The notes under the pieces were generated by a model. It was not told the origin of the DNA. It worked only from the letters and a program-made list of their open reading frames with translations, and did no database searches. A DNA stretch of 64,000 nt, taken from the human T2T-CHM13v2.0 reference genome, Homo sapiens. Made by a program: the position numbers and the translations under genes. The stretch lies in assembly GCF_009914755.1 (NCBI RefSeq), contig NC_060927.1. The stretch is one strand, 5' to 3'. Numbering within the stretch: the first letter of the stretch is position 1; the number at the start of each line of letters is the position of its first letter. This document shows, piece after piece, positions 29,295 to 44,007 of this stretch.

Positions 29295-32200
29295 CTCTAA
29301 ATTCATGAATGGAAATTGCAAATGCCTTTATAAGGACCAGGCACGTAAAGGTAAATGAGTGACATGTGTGTGAGAGACTTATGGGGACCCTGAAAATTCA
29401 TGCACCATCTCAAGGAGGGGGCATTTTTGTCAGGCAAGAGTGCAGCCCAACTTTGCAATGTGTTCTGATTTTGCAAGGATCTGAAGCTAGATTTGTATGT
29501 CAGTGTGAGATCCTAATGCTCTTGAGGGTGACCTTTTTGCACAGAAAATATTTCATGGGCCACTTTAGTTGTTAAAGATATTTATTAATACATTAAAGTT
29601 CAAAATGTAGAGGCCTTGTTCTGAACTTTTTAGTTTGACATTCAAATCTTGTTCAATTTATAAATGTAGTAAATTTGTTACAGCTATTTAAGGGGGTGGG
29701 GGGTGGTTTACAATTTAAATTCCTGTAGAGGTTTTACTTGTTTATAAACTCATTATATTCTCTTTAATGGCTGACAAACCATTGCAGATACTGATAAATT
29801 CCCTAAATCTAAAAGTAAAAGAAAAAGAGGTGGTGGAGGGGCGTAGTAGTGGCGGGGTGGGTAATGCAGTGGATAAGCTCTATTAAGTATTCCAATCCTG
29901 TTTGTAAACATAGCTTTCAATGTAAAACCAAAAGTCAAAGTTATTCAATTACATGTTATAAACTGGAGTCACAAGTCAGCCTGTTTCTTTAATAGGCCAA
30001 AATTTCAACCTTTAGATACTTAAATATCAAATATGCACAGATCATTCTTCAACAGAATTATCACTGCTATGGGCTTACTTTCATCATTGCTGTACTTCAT
30101 GTCAAAACATTCCAGGATTAAAATATATTCAGCCTGGGAAAGAATTATCCCAGTCTAAGACTAAGAAGTTTCCCCATCCAATGGATTAATACTGCGAGAT
30201 TCCTGAGCCAAGCATAGAAGGAATTCTTGTCTAAACTGCAATTACTTTTGCACTGACCTAATAGTTAACTGCTTCAGCTGACTTTTGCTCTCAAGGTAGA
30301 TAAATGCCATCCAATTATATTGTACATATTACAAGGCTTTGTTTGGCTCCATGGTGTCATTTTCTTCAGGGAGAAACAAAATGTATGTATGAAGTGACTT
30401 CAGGTTACTATCCCTGGGTAAGTGATGTGTATGATTATTTAAGGGTTTCAAGTAGGTGTGTGCTGGTGGGGGCTGGAGTAGATGACATTCGAATTTGCAT
30501 TTTAGAGTTCTGGCAATAATATAGAGAGGGGACTACAGAAAGGTGAAAATTGATTCAGAAGGTGATTTGAATAGTTCAATGAGAGATTGTCCTAAACTAG
30601 GATGAGTGGCAATTACAATAGTGAAAATATGATAGTTAACAGACTTTAGGAAGCAGATTCAACAGAACTTAGTAACCGACACCATGAGATATTCTCTAAG
30701 GCATGAAAGGCACTATGAAGTTGGCCCACTTTGGGGCAAGAAAGGTAGTCTTTATACCACTGTATCACTGGAAACTGTGAGCTTCCCTAGACGTCTGTGG
30801 TTGGGGTGGCTCTTATTGGCCAAAGGTAATTTTCTGGAAAAAGATGCAGCTGTGAACACTGAACAGCCAATATTCATAGCAGCTGGAGAGTGAGTACAGC
30901 AGCCTGATGAAAGAGGAATCTGGGCAGGCACCAGCAGCTTTTGCTACAGTAGTTGACGTTAAAATACGGTTCTTCTGAATTTCTTTATGTGGAATATGTA
31001 CTGAAGTAGTGTAACTTAGATAAAAAAAAAATAAGGTTGCTAAAGGTACAAACCATACAAACTGTCAGATAGGAAAAATAGCATATAAGTAACTGCAAAT
31101 ATTGAAACATTCAGCCTAGTTTCCTGATAAGAGTTCTATTGCATCATGTATATTAGTAACACTTTGATTTGATACATTTTGGGTACTAACAAGAAGGATT
31201 GATCTGATCTGTCAGAGTTTTGAAGGTTAAATAGAAATTGGTTTATTCTTCAAGGGCTAGGTTTAAAAGATTCAATTTATTTTACAGTCTGGCACAACAT
31301 TCTTCCCCTAAGGAAAAATTAGATTTAAGACAGAGAGTAGTGTTAAAAATAAATGTCATAGGAGAAAGCTCTCTTAATAGGGCTCCCTAGAGCCTAACGA
31401 AAGCAGAATCTGCTAGATGCTACCTCCTGTGTAATTATCATACTTTCATGGTACAACTCTGAATCTGAATGCACAGTATGCCAGACTTTCTGATGGCCTG
31501 TTTCACAGATAGTTATTGGCGCCTTATCTTGAGGTTTTGGAAACGGTTGCCCAAACCATTACACGGTAATAAAATGTTAAGTCCAAATGCCTTATTTTTA
31601 TTCGTAGCTCCTTCCTATTTGTGGAGACGAATTCCTACTCCACACCTGTACATTTTGCTTCTGAAGAGAAAAAGTAATCCATTTTGCATTTGCATCTAGT
31701 AAGATTTTAATGAGAGATTCTTTTCTTTCTGAAGGTGAGAGTGTGAAAAACCAAACTAATAGATCCAGGGATCAGATTTTGGCTTTTTGGCAACTACAGA
31801 GAGAGGGAGAAAGTATTTTCTAAGATTTATGTATTTATGTATTTATTTTGGTACAACAAACACTTTAGCACATATAATATGTTAGGCACTGGGTTTTGGA
31901 TGGTAATGCAAAGACTCATGGGCCTGGTGTCTATGCCCAAATAGCTCATGCTTTAATGCAGAGACACATGTACTTGGCAACTGAAACATAGTATGTTAGA
32001 GAAGTAGAGAGTGTTTGGGATGAAAGCTTTCCAGACATTTATTTAACCCCTCCAAAAAACAGAATTGATTTCTTCCCCTCTGTACCCCCATAGCCTATGG
32101 TACTTCCTCTCTCTGGAGTCTCATTTTTATCCTGTGCATGGAAGGATCAGGAAGAATTAGGCAAGGGAAATTAGTAGAAGAAGCAATATATTTGAAGTAG

Positions 32201-32866
32201 GTATCCTGCCTTGAGAGGCAAACTTCAGAGCAAAGTGATGGTTCCTTTCTTTTGTGTCTAATATGGAGGCTGGTGCTGTTTACCATTTTGCCTAGGTGTA
32301 CAGGGGTATAAGCTGACTCTCTTTGGCTAAGAACTTCAGTAAGGGGTCTGCCAGATATAGTCATGTATTTCCAGGATCTAGAAGCAACATGTCTATCCAG
32401 TAAGAATTCGAATTGGAACGTGTTTAATTTCATTCCAAAGAACTCACCCCAAAAAAGTCCTAAATCAAAGGCATAAACTAAAATATTTTTAGTGACTTCC
32501 TAACAACTTATAATTTTTACTAGATCTTTTGCTTGATCTACATGCCCAGTGTATACTTTTTCTTTTAATTGTTACTACAGACTTCAGAGGAATACTATAA
32601 GCTCTGTAAAAGCCTTTTCTTCCTTCTACCCAGTACCACAAGGCAGAGCATGGATTTATAATAGCAACTTTCTGAGGAAGAGTAGACAATTGAATGTAGA
32701 CTTTATGGTTATCTAAGCCCCAAGAAAGAAGGGGAGATCCTCCCCATAGTTTAACCATAAAGTAGAAGTCAATAATGATTTTCCTTTTACCTCATAGAGT
32801 TGTGCAAAAATGGCTGACCATCTACCAGCTCATTCTTTCTCTATTAATGTGAAATGTTTATGCTTA

Positions 32867-33213
32867 TGCTATGGTGTTAATATGTGACCCCTCCAAAAGT
32901 CATTTTGAAATTTAATTTCCATTGTAATGGTATTAAGAGGTAAGACCTTTAAGAGGTGATTAGGCTGCACGAGGCTTCATCTTCATGGGTGGGATTGGTG
33001 TTGCTATAAAAGGATGGGTTCAGCCCTCTCTTGCTCTATCTCTCCATTTCATTTTTTGCCATGTGAGGACACAGCAGGAAGGTCCGTGCTAGATGCCAGC
33101 ACCTTGATATTGGATTTCCTAGCCTCCAGAACTCTGAGCTAATAAATTTCTGTTTATTATAAATTACTCAGTCTCAGGTATTCTTTTAGAGCAGCACAAA
33201 ATGAACTAAGACA
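32867..33213 (+). mobile_element. MST/MLT1A-type MaLR solo LTR
   Basis: tgctatggt...gaactaagaca; TSD gctta/gctca; AATAAA. Confidence 0.85.
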
Positions 33214-34021
33214 GCTCATGTGGTCCATTTCTAGACTTCAAACTTCAAACTGACTTCAGTAGATATTTTTGCTTATTTTTATGCTGTCTAAAACTGTTTT
33301 TGTGGCTTTAGAGTAAGATTTGCTCTTTGGTAGAACAACCCACCTTTTCCTTTCTCTCAGTCTTCTTGATTACTGTACATTTATTTTTTAAGATGAACTA
33401 TAAATGTATTTAATCTTGAAATATATACTCTAAATATACTTTTAATAGATAATATTGAGCATATCATCCAGGGATACAGTGTGTACTATCTGAGTCTCTT
33501 ATTGGGCTAAGAAGGTCACAGAAGAACTCATTTTTTTTATTATTACATTGACATTTTATTTTAAAACAAACACTTGCTATTTTCCTTATGCTAGTAAGTT
33601 AGCACTGTAGAGTATGAAAATTTCATATTTTACTTTCTGAAGGCAAGAACAGACTATTACACTGTGAAAGATTTTAATCTCCTCAGCTTCTTGAAGGAAG
33701 AATAATACTTCTGAAATGGGAAGAGGGAGCTTTTATAAGTAAAATTAGAAATGCCTCAGAGGATCTTGCTCTTTCAAAGGAAACACCAACTTTTTTTATA
33801 AAATAAAAAGCAAAAGATCTTTATTCTTGCTTGGAATACAATGACGGCTTCCTTATAGTTTTCCCTCCAGATCTACCCCTCTTTCAGTCTTTTGTCTACA
33901 TTGTTCCCAAAGTAATCTTCCTGAAATGCAAATATGGACATGCCTCTGTACTACCCGACATTCTTACATGGTTCCCCTATTCAGGACAATATTCAGTTTT
34001 CTTAGCTTGCTGTGTAAACGC

Positions 34022-34212
34022 CAGGGACAGATTCAGGCTTTGTGGGGCTTGAAGCTTATACAGTTGGTAGGGGTGGGGGTGAGGGAGGCATAATTTTTAA
34101 TAAAAAATACCAAATTTTGAATTTGAAATCAGCTACAGTACTTTGGAAGGGAGCATGCAAGTAAAGCTCCCTGGAACATAAACTGCGCTACTCTCTTGGT
34201 ACATCTGCCTCT
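34022..34212. mobile_element. MER53-like hAT relic
   Basis: cagggacagattcaggctttgtggggcttgaagcttataca start; catctgcctct end. Confidence 0.6.
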
Positions 34213-34260
34213 ACTGGGGAATTGTTTTATCATCTGAAATGAGGTGAGGTTACCAGATCA

Positions 34261-34420
<160 letters not shown>

Positions 34421-35127
34421 CAACCAAGGTAAAGTAACTATCCAACAAGCTGACATTGCTTATAGCCCAGAGATCTCTGACTAGAATTCAAGAGTTAAGG
34501 TGGCTGCATATAGCCAGGATGGTGCTTCCTATCAAGAAACAGACTTGCTGACCCTTTATTATAGTCATCATTAAAAGGAGAATATTATGCTCATAGTTTT
34601 AAGACTAAATTGTTTTCATATAGGTTCAAGTTTGGCCCTTAAATCACCTAATTAAATAAAATTAGTTAAATTACTTTCCTGTGATTTGAGATTGCAACCC
34701 TCTACCCAGGCAGCAACTAACTTCCTGTATTAATCCTTTATTATCTGTTTGAAACATTTATTTAACAATCTTCCTGTCTGGCTGAGTCACAATTCTTAAT
34801 GATATTTTAATGGTGGCTGATTGGATTCTGTATCTTTTACACCTTTGTCTGGCTCTGCAGTCAATACCACTAAAGTCATGCTAATGGCCCTATGATTAAC
34901 CCCTCATGCCAGACAAGGGGTCTTCCCCAGTTGAAACTGGAGAAAATTTAATGATAGGAATGCTACACATATTCTGTCGTCATTTTGTCCTACCCTATAT
35001 AATTATCCTCTCTTCATACTGTAAATTTTAGTCCTCCCTTTTGTTTCCTCTATAGCCTCTTAAAAAAAAAAAAAAAAGCAGTGATTTCTTATTCTTTTAT
35101 CTTTTGTGACCTTTCTCAAAGTATTTA

Positions 35128-37610
35128 TGTTAGGTTGGGTCCTCCAAGAAGCAGAGGCCAAAATGGGATTAGATATGTAAAAATTTTATTAGGCTATTTG
35201 CCTGGGATAGAACATGGGAAGGGACCACAGTCAGATTTTGATGCAAGGCTGTTCACAAGTGAAGAGTAAAGGGAAGCAAGCTTGGGTGGAAGTGCTTGCT
35301 TTATGCTGCCATGCAGTCTAAGGGCTCCCACTTAAAGCTGGCAGCCTTCTGCATCATCCTATATATGGGCCAGATCAATATTCTTAGGTTTGGAATCTGT
35401 TACCTCCAGAAACCAGAAAGGCTTTCAAAATGCTGTGCTTCTTTCTTTGTGTAGGAGATGCAAGATACAATAGTTTGTCTTTTATTTTGGAGAGGTTGTC
35501 TCAGCAGGCCCCCAATCACTGCATCCCCAAAACTTAACTGAAGTGACTGCACCTGACTCTTTGTTGGGTTAATTTCTCATGCTCTAGAGTGCACGCGTCT
35601 TACCGAGGCCTCTAGCATACTAATCACCTCTTGCTCCCACTCAATCAGCATCATGTCACAGATATAATGGGGCAGTGTCATGTTCTATGGAATGTCCTGG
35701 AGGTCCAAATCTCTTCGGACTCTGTTATGACAGAGGACAGGACAGTTAACACAGCTCTGAGGAAAACTTTAAATAGATAGTGTCTATTCCTGTGAATGCA
35801 AACTGTTTCTGATCCTCTTTCCTGATTGGGCTTAAATAGAATGCATTCACTAGATCAGTGCCTGCATAATGTGTATCTGAGGACATATTTGTTCTATCAA
35901 GGATACCACGCTGGGCACAATAGCTACAAACTAGGATACTTCTTGGTTGATTCTGTAATAGTCTACAGTCATTCTCCAGGAGCCATCTGGTTTTTGAAGG
36001 AGCCAAAGTAGCAAATTGAATAGAGATACAATAGGAACCACGATTCCTGCATCCTTCAGATCTTTAATGCTGTCACATATATTTGCCTTGCCTCTCCAGG
36101 TGATACTATATTGTTATTTATTCACTGCTTTGGGATGGCAGTTTCAGAGGTTTCCATTTGGCTGTTCCCGCTGTAACAGCTCTTACTCCACAGGCTAGAA
36201 ACCTAGTGTGGGGATTACTTTACTTGCCAAATGTATCAGTTTTATTCATGCATTCAAGGACTCTGTTGTCATGAAACATAGTTGCTGTGGTGAGGCAGAT
36301 TCTTCTAAGGCCCCAGGCCCTTCTTTAGCCTATGGGTTATAGATGTGAACATTTGTTGTGGTCTGGGAACTGACCAAGCAAGCAACTGTGACATTGTTGG
36401 GCAGCCACCCAGCATCCTGCTCCTCCATTCTTGTCTTTATTTCATTGTAGTGTTAAGCAGCACCCTTGTTAACTGCCCATCTGTTTTGCCCCTAGAACTA
36501 TGATGCTCTGTTAACCATCTCCACAATTCCCTGTGGGTCAAGCAGCCTTGGCCGCCCCCTGGCCTTGCCAGTCATTATGGTAATTACAGCCTCCTGCCTC
36601 CTGATAATAAGTGCTGCCATCTGGCCTCTAGTACATCAAGGCCCCATCATCTTAATGATATTAATCAGGCCAGCTATGTGACTGCCTCTAGTATCATCAT
36701 CCCTTGCCTACAGAGGGAACCATCATAGAGTTCCTTAGTGGTGCTAGTGCTCCTATCACCAATATATTCCTGATGGCCTTGGGGAATGGTGTGTTCTCTA
36801 GGCCCTTCTGAGGAACATAATCTTCTGGTGGGTTTTCTGGCCTTATGGCGTATATCCATTCTACATGTCTGCTTTCCTCAGCCTCAACTCCTTCATCTCC
36901 CTACTTCTAGGGCACCTTGAACATTCCCACTTTATTGAGAATTGGCTAGGCTTCTAGAAGCTACACCAGCTGTAAGTTTACCCATCCCCTGGAGTCCTTG
37001 CTAGGGTGTTAAATCCTGGGTCTTGAGAAAGTGCTCCCAAGTCAATGAATTCTTTTTATGCAGTTGTACTTTCTGGCCTTTTTGATCAAGCACTTCTAAA
37101 ATCCACTTTCAGGAGGAATTCACTGACTCCTGCTCATATATGCCCGCTCATTCACATAATTCTTTAGGTATAAAGTCTCTTTCCTTCTTTATAAGGCCCA
37201 GCACATCCCCAGGTGGGTTACACTGGGATTTAACCCTAGTTATTAGCCTGGGAGCTAAGGAGAGGTAATAGAGGTAGCCTTCCAGGGCATCATCTGTTGC
37301 CTTATATGGGCAAGACTCCTGCTGTGCTGGGAGATGCTCCAGAAGTACTAGTTCTTACTAAGGAAAGGTGGGCTACCTCTGCAATCTTACAGGATCTGGA
37401 AGGTTGTAGAGTCAACCTCCTCAGAATATTCAGTCTCTTTTTTCAGTTCCAGGTTTTCTCCATCAGGGAACTGATACTTACAAAATTGATTTGCCTTAGC
37501 TTAGCATTAAAATATCTCTGCCTACTTCAGGGTAGTGAGACTTCTTAGGGCTTCAAGTTTAAGCATTCCAGTGAGAAAGGAACATCATTTATGATAGCAT
37601 CCACTGTATT
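35128..37610 (-). mobile_element. Degraded ERVL-class provirus fragment (LTR piece + gag/RT relic; HERV16/ERV3-16A3-like)
   Basis: ORF 35746-36006 contains the RT motif YAGTDLVNAFYLSPIRKEDQKQFAFT; reverse LTR 3' end at 35128. Confidence 0.8.
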
Positions 37611-37659
37611 GTATTGGTCATAAGCCTACTCAGTCTCAGGAGGAGGGAACGAAAATACC

Positions 37660-39498
37660 TTTTTAAAAAAACTTTTATTTTAGGCTTGGAGGTACATGTG
37701 AAGGTTTGTTACATAGGTAAACACATGTCATGGAGGTTTGTTGTATATATTATTTCATCACCCAAGTATTATTGTGATAACACAATAGTTATCATTTATG
37801 CTTCTCTCCCTCCTCCCACCTCAAGTAGACCCCTGTGCCTGTTGTCCCCTTCTTTGTGTTCTTAAGTTCTTATAATCTAGCTCCCACTTATAAGTGAAAG
37901 CATGCAGTATTTGGTTTTCTGTTCCTGTTTAGTTTGCTAAAGATGATGGCCTCCAGCTCCATCCATATTCCCACAAAAGACATGATCTTGTTCTTTTTTA
38001 TGGCTGCATAGTTTTTCATGGTGTATATATACCACATTTTCTCATCTAATTTGTCCTTGAAGGGCGTTTAGGTTGATCCCATGTCTTCGCTATTGCGAAT
38101 AGTGCGGTAATGAATATTTGTGTGCCTGTGTTTTTATGGTAGACGCGTTCCCTTTGCTCCACTAACTCACCAGCATCTGTTACTTTTTGACTTTTTAATA
38201 ATAGCCATTCTGACTGGTGTGAGATGATATCTCATTGTGGTTTTGATTCACATTTCTGCTTCAGCCCCCAGTCACCTTAGACACTTCGAAGCCTGAAGAC
38301 TGGAATGGCTAAGTTGTCCAAACAGCAAAGATAGTGGCCTGCTCCTCCCTCTGGGAGCTCTATCCCAGGGAGGTTACAAATCTCTTTCAGCCAGAGAACA
38401 CCAACAGGGGTGGCAGGAGGCTCTGGTTGGGAGGTCCCACACAGTGAAGAGGAATGGGATTGGGGACTCGCTTAAAGAAGCAGTCTGGCCATGTTTTTAT
38501 ACAGCAGCTGTGCTGTGCTGGGGGATCCCTTCCACCCCTGGTCTGCTCAGACACTGCAATGCCCAAAAGCTGAAACAGCTAAGTCTCCCAAACAGCAAAG
38601 ATAGCAGCCCACCCTTCCATTTGGGAGCACTGTCCCAAGGAGAATTCAACATTCTGTTGGCTGGAGAACACCAGTGGGGCTGGCTGGAGGCCCCAGTTGG
38701 GAGGTCCCACCCTGTGAGGAGGAATAGGATCAGACACCTACTTAAAGCAGCCGTCTGGTCACATTTTGGTAGAGGAGCTGTGCTTTGCAAGGGGATCCCT
38801 TCTACCCCTAGTCGGCTCAGACTCTCCAAAGCCTGAAGGCTGGAATGGCTAAGGCACCCAAACAGCAATGATGGAGGCCCACCTCTCCCCACAGGAGCTC
38901 CTTCTCACAGAGGTGCAATACTGCTACTGGTGGGTGGCTGAAATTCCAAGACAGTGGGTCTGATTTTCTGAGGCACAATGGAAGTACAGCCTGCAGGCTG
39001 TTACTGCTCAGCCCTCTGGATTCAATCTTTTCCACTGTATGTACGGGGGTCTACCCTCCCACTTTGCCAGAGCTGCAACTACTTTTGCTGGAAAGTCTGA
39101 GTATTTAAGGCTCCAGGGTCTCCACACATGCTTGAGCAGCTGCTCCACCAAGACTCCACATAGCTTTGTGTGTCAGACTGAAGGCCCTGGTGGGGTGGGC
39201 TCACAAAAAGATCTCCTAATCCAAGGGTTGCAAGGATCCATGGGAGAAGTGTGGTTTCCTGGGGTTGCACATTTTCTCAACGCCTGCCTGGGCAGAGGCA
39301 GTTCCCCTGGCTCCATGTTGCTCCCAGGTCCTGTCTTGCTTTTCTTCATTTTCCATAGGTCAGATTGTTTTCTTGATTAGTCCCAGTGCAAGTACCTGAA
39401 TGTTTCAGTTGAAGGTGTTGTATTTTCTCACCCTTCCATTTCTCTCCGTGAGAGGCACACACATTAGCTGCTTCGAGTTGACCATCTTGGCCACTCTC
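37660..39498 (-). mobile_element. Old primate L1 (L1PA15/16-like) with 5'UTR fused to the 3' end
   Basis: 5' start gagagtggccaagatgg at 39498; ~270-bp tandem units in the UTR; junction near 38257 into ORF2 C-terminus/3'UTR. Confidence 0.85.
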
Positions 39499-39703
39499 TA
39501 CTCACCTTTTGATGGAAGGAGTACCAAATAATTTCGTGGCAGTTTTTTTTTTTAAGGCAGCACAACCAGCCAACAGTCTTCCTGTAAGGAAGGTTTAGAA
39601 AACCTGCAGCTTGATTTGTTGCTTCTCAGCTCTCCTGCCATTGCTAGCTTCCTGGATTTATACTCATCATAACCATCTTCAACTTGTATTGAAGATACAA
39701 TAC

Positions 39704-39728
39704 TATTGTATTGTATTGTATTGTATTG
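39704..39728. repeat. (TATTG)5 microsatellite
   Basis: Read directly. Confidence 0.9.
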
Positions 39729-42700
39729 CCTATTTACTTCTGTTTCAGTCTTCCTTCTTTCCCTGCACCTGGTACACAGGTGCTTAATAGGCCCTCAATT
39801 GACTGTTCTTCTCTTAAATCTACTTTGGACACAAAATTAACATATATAATAGTGTATAAGGTAGAAAAATAAAATCTAAAGTTCATGTGGACCAAATCAT
39901 ACCATAAGAGCTAGGATTTCTTTGATCTCTCATCTATTATAAATTAAATCCAGGTTAATGAAATCCAGGAATTATCCAAATAACAAATTATAGGGAGCTG
40001 TTTCAGAATTCTTTCTTTTTCTGAGGTGGTTGATAAACATTTCAACAACAATCTGACATATAATTCCAAAATAACAAAACCTAAACTTGCCTCCAGAAAT
40101 GGCCTTTATGAACTGGGAATTAGGGAACTGAATTCTTACCCAAAAGCAATTAAATGGCCTTGAATAGGTAAGCTATGACTTCGTAAGGGTGTTCTCAGTG
40201 CAATCAAGAGCCATGTGTTTACCACGGTAAGAGAACTGTAGGAGAGTTAGGAAGAATGACAACACTTTGTCCTGAAGGATGTTCAGAAAAATTATTTCAC
40301 ATTTTACTAGTCATATCTCTCTCTCAAAATCTTACCAAAATGTAAATAAATATTGAATTATAGATTAAAGTATTTAATTTCTATCTGCACGATGGATAAC
40401 ATGCAAAGTAACAAAAGAAGCAAAGGGAAATGAATGAAACTAAAGCAAAATACATCTTATGGCTGTGCATCAAATTACCCTTGAGTTTGTTTAATCTCCA
40501 TATGATTTATACATGAAGAGCTAGCTAATTTGTGATATTGTTTGGAGAACTCAGAGGTATCAGAATGAAACCAGTTTTTCCAAACTAAAATGAGTTGGGA
40601 AAATAAGAAAATCCACCATTTAAAATAAATTGGCTCAGGGACTAGCTAAAACTCAGGACAAAGCTATATCACAATGAAATCCTTATTGGCAACTTAGCTT
40701 TGACCTATCAGTAAATACAAAATTCTCACTTTAGTCCTTTGCCGCAATAGATATCATTTATTTATGAAGTTGATTTTGCTGTGACAATTTGCATAATTCA
40801 GTAATTTAAGAAATTTACACAATTTTAAAGACAAAACAAGGATGTATTACAATTAGAAAAACAGATTTTCTACCAATCTATACTTTTTGTAATTGATTTA
40901 ATAAAGCAATAGGTTGGCCTTCAATTGTGCAGAATCTAATTATTGGATTTAGTCCTGTAATTCTTGAAGATTGGTAGGATTACACCTTTATCTTTCTTGT
41001 ATTCCCCTTGTTTTTGTAGTCAGACTGGAATAGAGCCAAGTGGCTTGCTATCTCCATGATCTTCCTATCTCACTTCTGGCAGGCCTGATCAAAGAGAGAA
41101 TATATATGTGGAGATGGGAGATAATAGCTCTTCTACGTTGCTTTAGCATAAATTCTACTGGGTTGAAAGCTTAAAATAATATTGAAAAGTATTATGACTC
41201 CAGAAAGCATCTGGTTGGGTAGCTATATCCCAACTAGGGGCCAATTCTAAGAATTATGGAGAGAGGGGAAGCAGGGCAGCTATGTCTGACATCAATTAAG
41301 ACTGCAAAAATAAAGATTTTTGTTTAGTTTGAGAAACTTACTGAATTTACCCAAGTCTTAAGAGAATACAAACATTCAATGTATATTCAGAAATACATGT
41401 ATTTTGTGATACCTATTTGTCCTTGGTAGTTTCTAGCTATGAAGCCCATGTCATTAATTGAGAATTAATTAATTAATCCTTTTAGGGACGAAATTTACCA
41501 TTTGATGGGAGTCTTCTCAAACACGTGGTATAAATGATCCTGGTCCATTGAAAACTGGTTCATCAAACAGCAGTTGTGCTGCTATGCAGATGCCCATCCT
41601 CCACCATGGGCCTTCTGACGTAGGTGTTTGGATGGAGGCTGTACGTCTGTATGTTTTAAATTTCCGCCATTGACTCTGAAATGCAGCTAGGAGTTATCCT
41701 CCAAGGAAAGTCACTGCTCCTAGCTTGCATCTTGTTGCTATGGATAAGAATTCAGAGCCACCTTATTTCTATTTAACAAGCTACTGCTTGTCAGATTAAC
41801 TACACTTCCCTGTGACATTTTGCAATGTGAATTTTGCTCCCATAGTTTTCACTTCATTCCATTCATCCTGGGCTTTGACTTCCTATTCATACCATTCTAC
41901 CTTACAGTAAAGATTTTTCTCCTTTATGAAGAGAAAATAAAATCAAAATTAAACAGTTCTACTTTCTTTCACTTGATGACTTTTTAAAAATATTTTTCAA
42001 GCAGTAAAGTCTATTCTGTCTTTACTGCTGTCTTTTTCTGCAAACCTAGTTTCAACTTCCTAATGCAAATCTTTATTGTTTTTTGTTATATCCTGTTCCC
42101 TGAAACTATAATCTGAGTTGTTGAATTTGTTTACATGTTTCTCTTTTTTCTTTCCTCTTTTACCTGCTAAGTGATTCAGGTGCCAGAGTTTAGTTTGAGT
42201 CTCCCATCAGGACGGAACTGCCTTTCACAATAATAGATTATCTGGCATTTCAATGTTCTTAATGTTTTGAAATAAACCTTTCTTATATCTGGCACATTTT
42301 TCACAATGTGCTTGACATTCTTTTCTTTGCTTATAATAGATTGTGAGGTGTTTTCACTTTCTCCCAAAGTTTCTATTACTTCTACTTCAAAAAACATTAA
42401 TTTATGTTGGTTAGAGTGAAATTAATTCAAGAGGAACAAATGCTTTCTCCCCAAAAAGCAGCTTCTTAAAAACCTTGCTTCATCCTTTTGTAAAGGATTT
42501 GCTAGGCAAATCAAGAATTTTAGAGTATATTGTCTTTTTTGATACTCCCTCTATACAAACATTTCTATATCAATAGTCAACTCAGACAAGGTTTTATGTA
42601 AATAGAATTTTTAATTAGTTTCTATAATAGAAAAAAATTGGAATCATCTAATGTGTCCAGTGGTCCATAGTTAATACTTAACAGTATATATGGGTGCTAA

Positions 42701-44007
42701 TTTAGGCAACATTGAAAAAGGTGTTTTAAGATATGACATGGAAAAATACTTATGTAATACAAAAGTAGATCCGAAAATTGTTAAACAACATGTTCTAAAA
42801 ATATATGCATACAAAAATCAGATTTTTAAGAAGTTATTTTATTATGATTATTGCATTATGTTTTTCTTTTTTAATTTTCCAAAGTCTCTATCATCATATA
42901 CTATTGTAAAAATAAGGAAAATTTATTAGATCATTTTTATCATATACATATTCTGTCAATATCTGCTTGTAGTTGCACCAGACCAATCTGCTTCAACTTT
43001 TATCTAACAAAGTTGTAAATTGTTTTTTCAGTTGCCATGAACTCTTAGGTCACATAACCTTAGGTCATATGCCCAGATGAACCAAGTGTGCAACCACAGG
43101 GGAAGCCTAAGTGCGTAAAGAGTGGGAACTGAATTCAGAAGCTGACATTGCATGACAAGATCTAGGATCCAATCAGATAGAGCTCTGGCATCATTCCATG
43201 GCAGGATCCAGTCAGATCATGCGTCCTGGCATCACCTCATTGCAAGATCCCATCAGGTCACAGCTCATTATCCCATGCTTATAAAACCTGACCCAGCCCC
43301 CAGCTTGGGGGAACATTGCTTTGAGAATTATCACCAGTGTTCTCCTTACTTATTACAAGTCATAAAATCCCCTTGCTAAACCTTCCTTCATTGTGGTCAT
43401 TGGTTGATACCTGCTAAGTGTCCAAACCAACCCACTATGTAGGTAACAAAATTCTGGTGACCCAGATGGAATTGGGACTCAGGTCCTGATCCCAAAGTCC
43501 TTTAAGGCTCCTTACGAATGAAACAGTAGGCAGAGGCAGCTTGCCTGGACTAACTGACTTACGTTGCCTGAGAGGGGTTGGGTGCCATTCCCACCGACCT
43601 CCAGCTTGGTGTCCTGCCCACTGGATTGTCGCTTGGACCTACCCTGATGGATCGCTGGGACCTTTTGTTTGACATTCCTTTGGGGCAGTAAGTGAACTTT
43701 GCCCTGTGGGCTGACTAGAAAGGTAATTCTCTGGACCAAGCATAGCACATCTCTGATTGTGTTTCTGTCCCTGGCTGCTTTGTGATCTGGGGGATTCAGA
43801 GACATTCCTGTCCTGATAAGGGCAATCTGGAGCTAGATAGCTGACTGTGGGACTAGTTTTAGGAATTAGTTTTGTCGAGAGACAGGCTTTCATAGGAGGC
43901 GGAAGGGCTTGGTCTCCCTAGCGCCCTGTTTGCCATAACCTGGATCACCCACCAGAAACTGGAGCTCTGGCATTTGATGCAAAAAAAGAACAAAAACAAA
44001 AAAAAAA

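Noticed and set aside
30680-30950. Possible old ERVL-type LTR fragment
   Set aside because: Too degraded to assign family or boundaries by eye
38270-38900. ~270-bp tandem repeats with overlapping 130-aa ORFs on both strands
   Set aside because: Explained by the repeated 5'UTR of an old L1; not a CRISPR-like array or a gene
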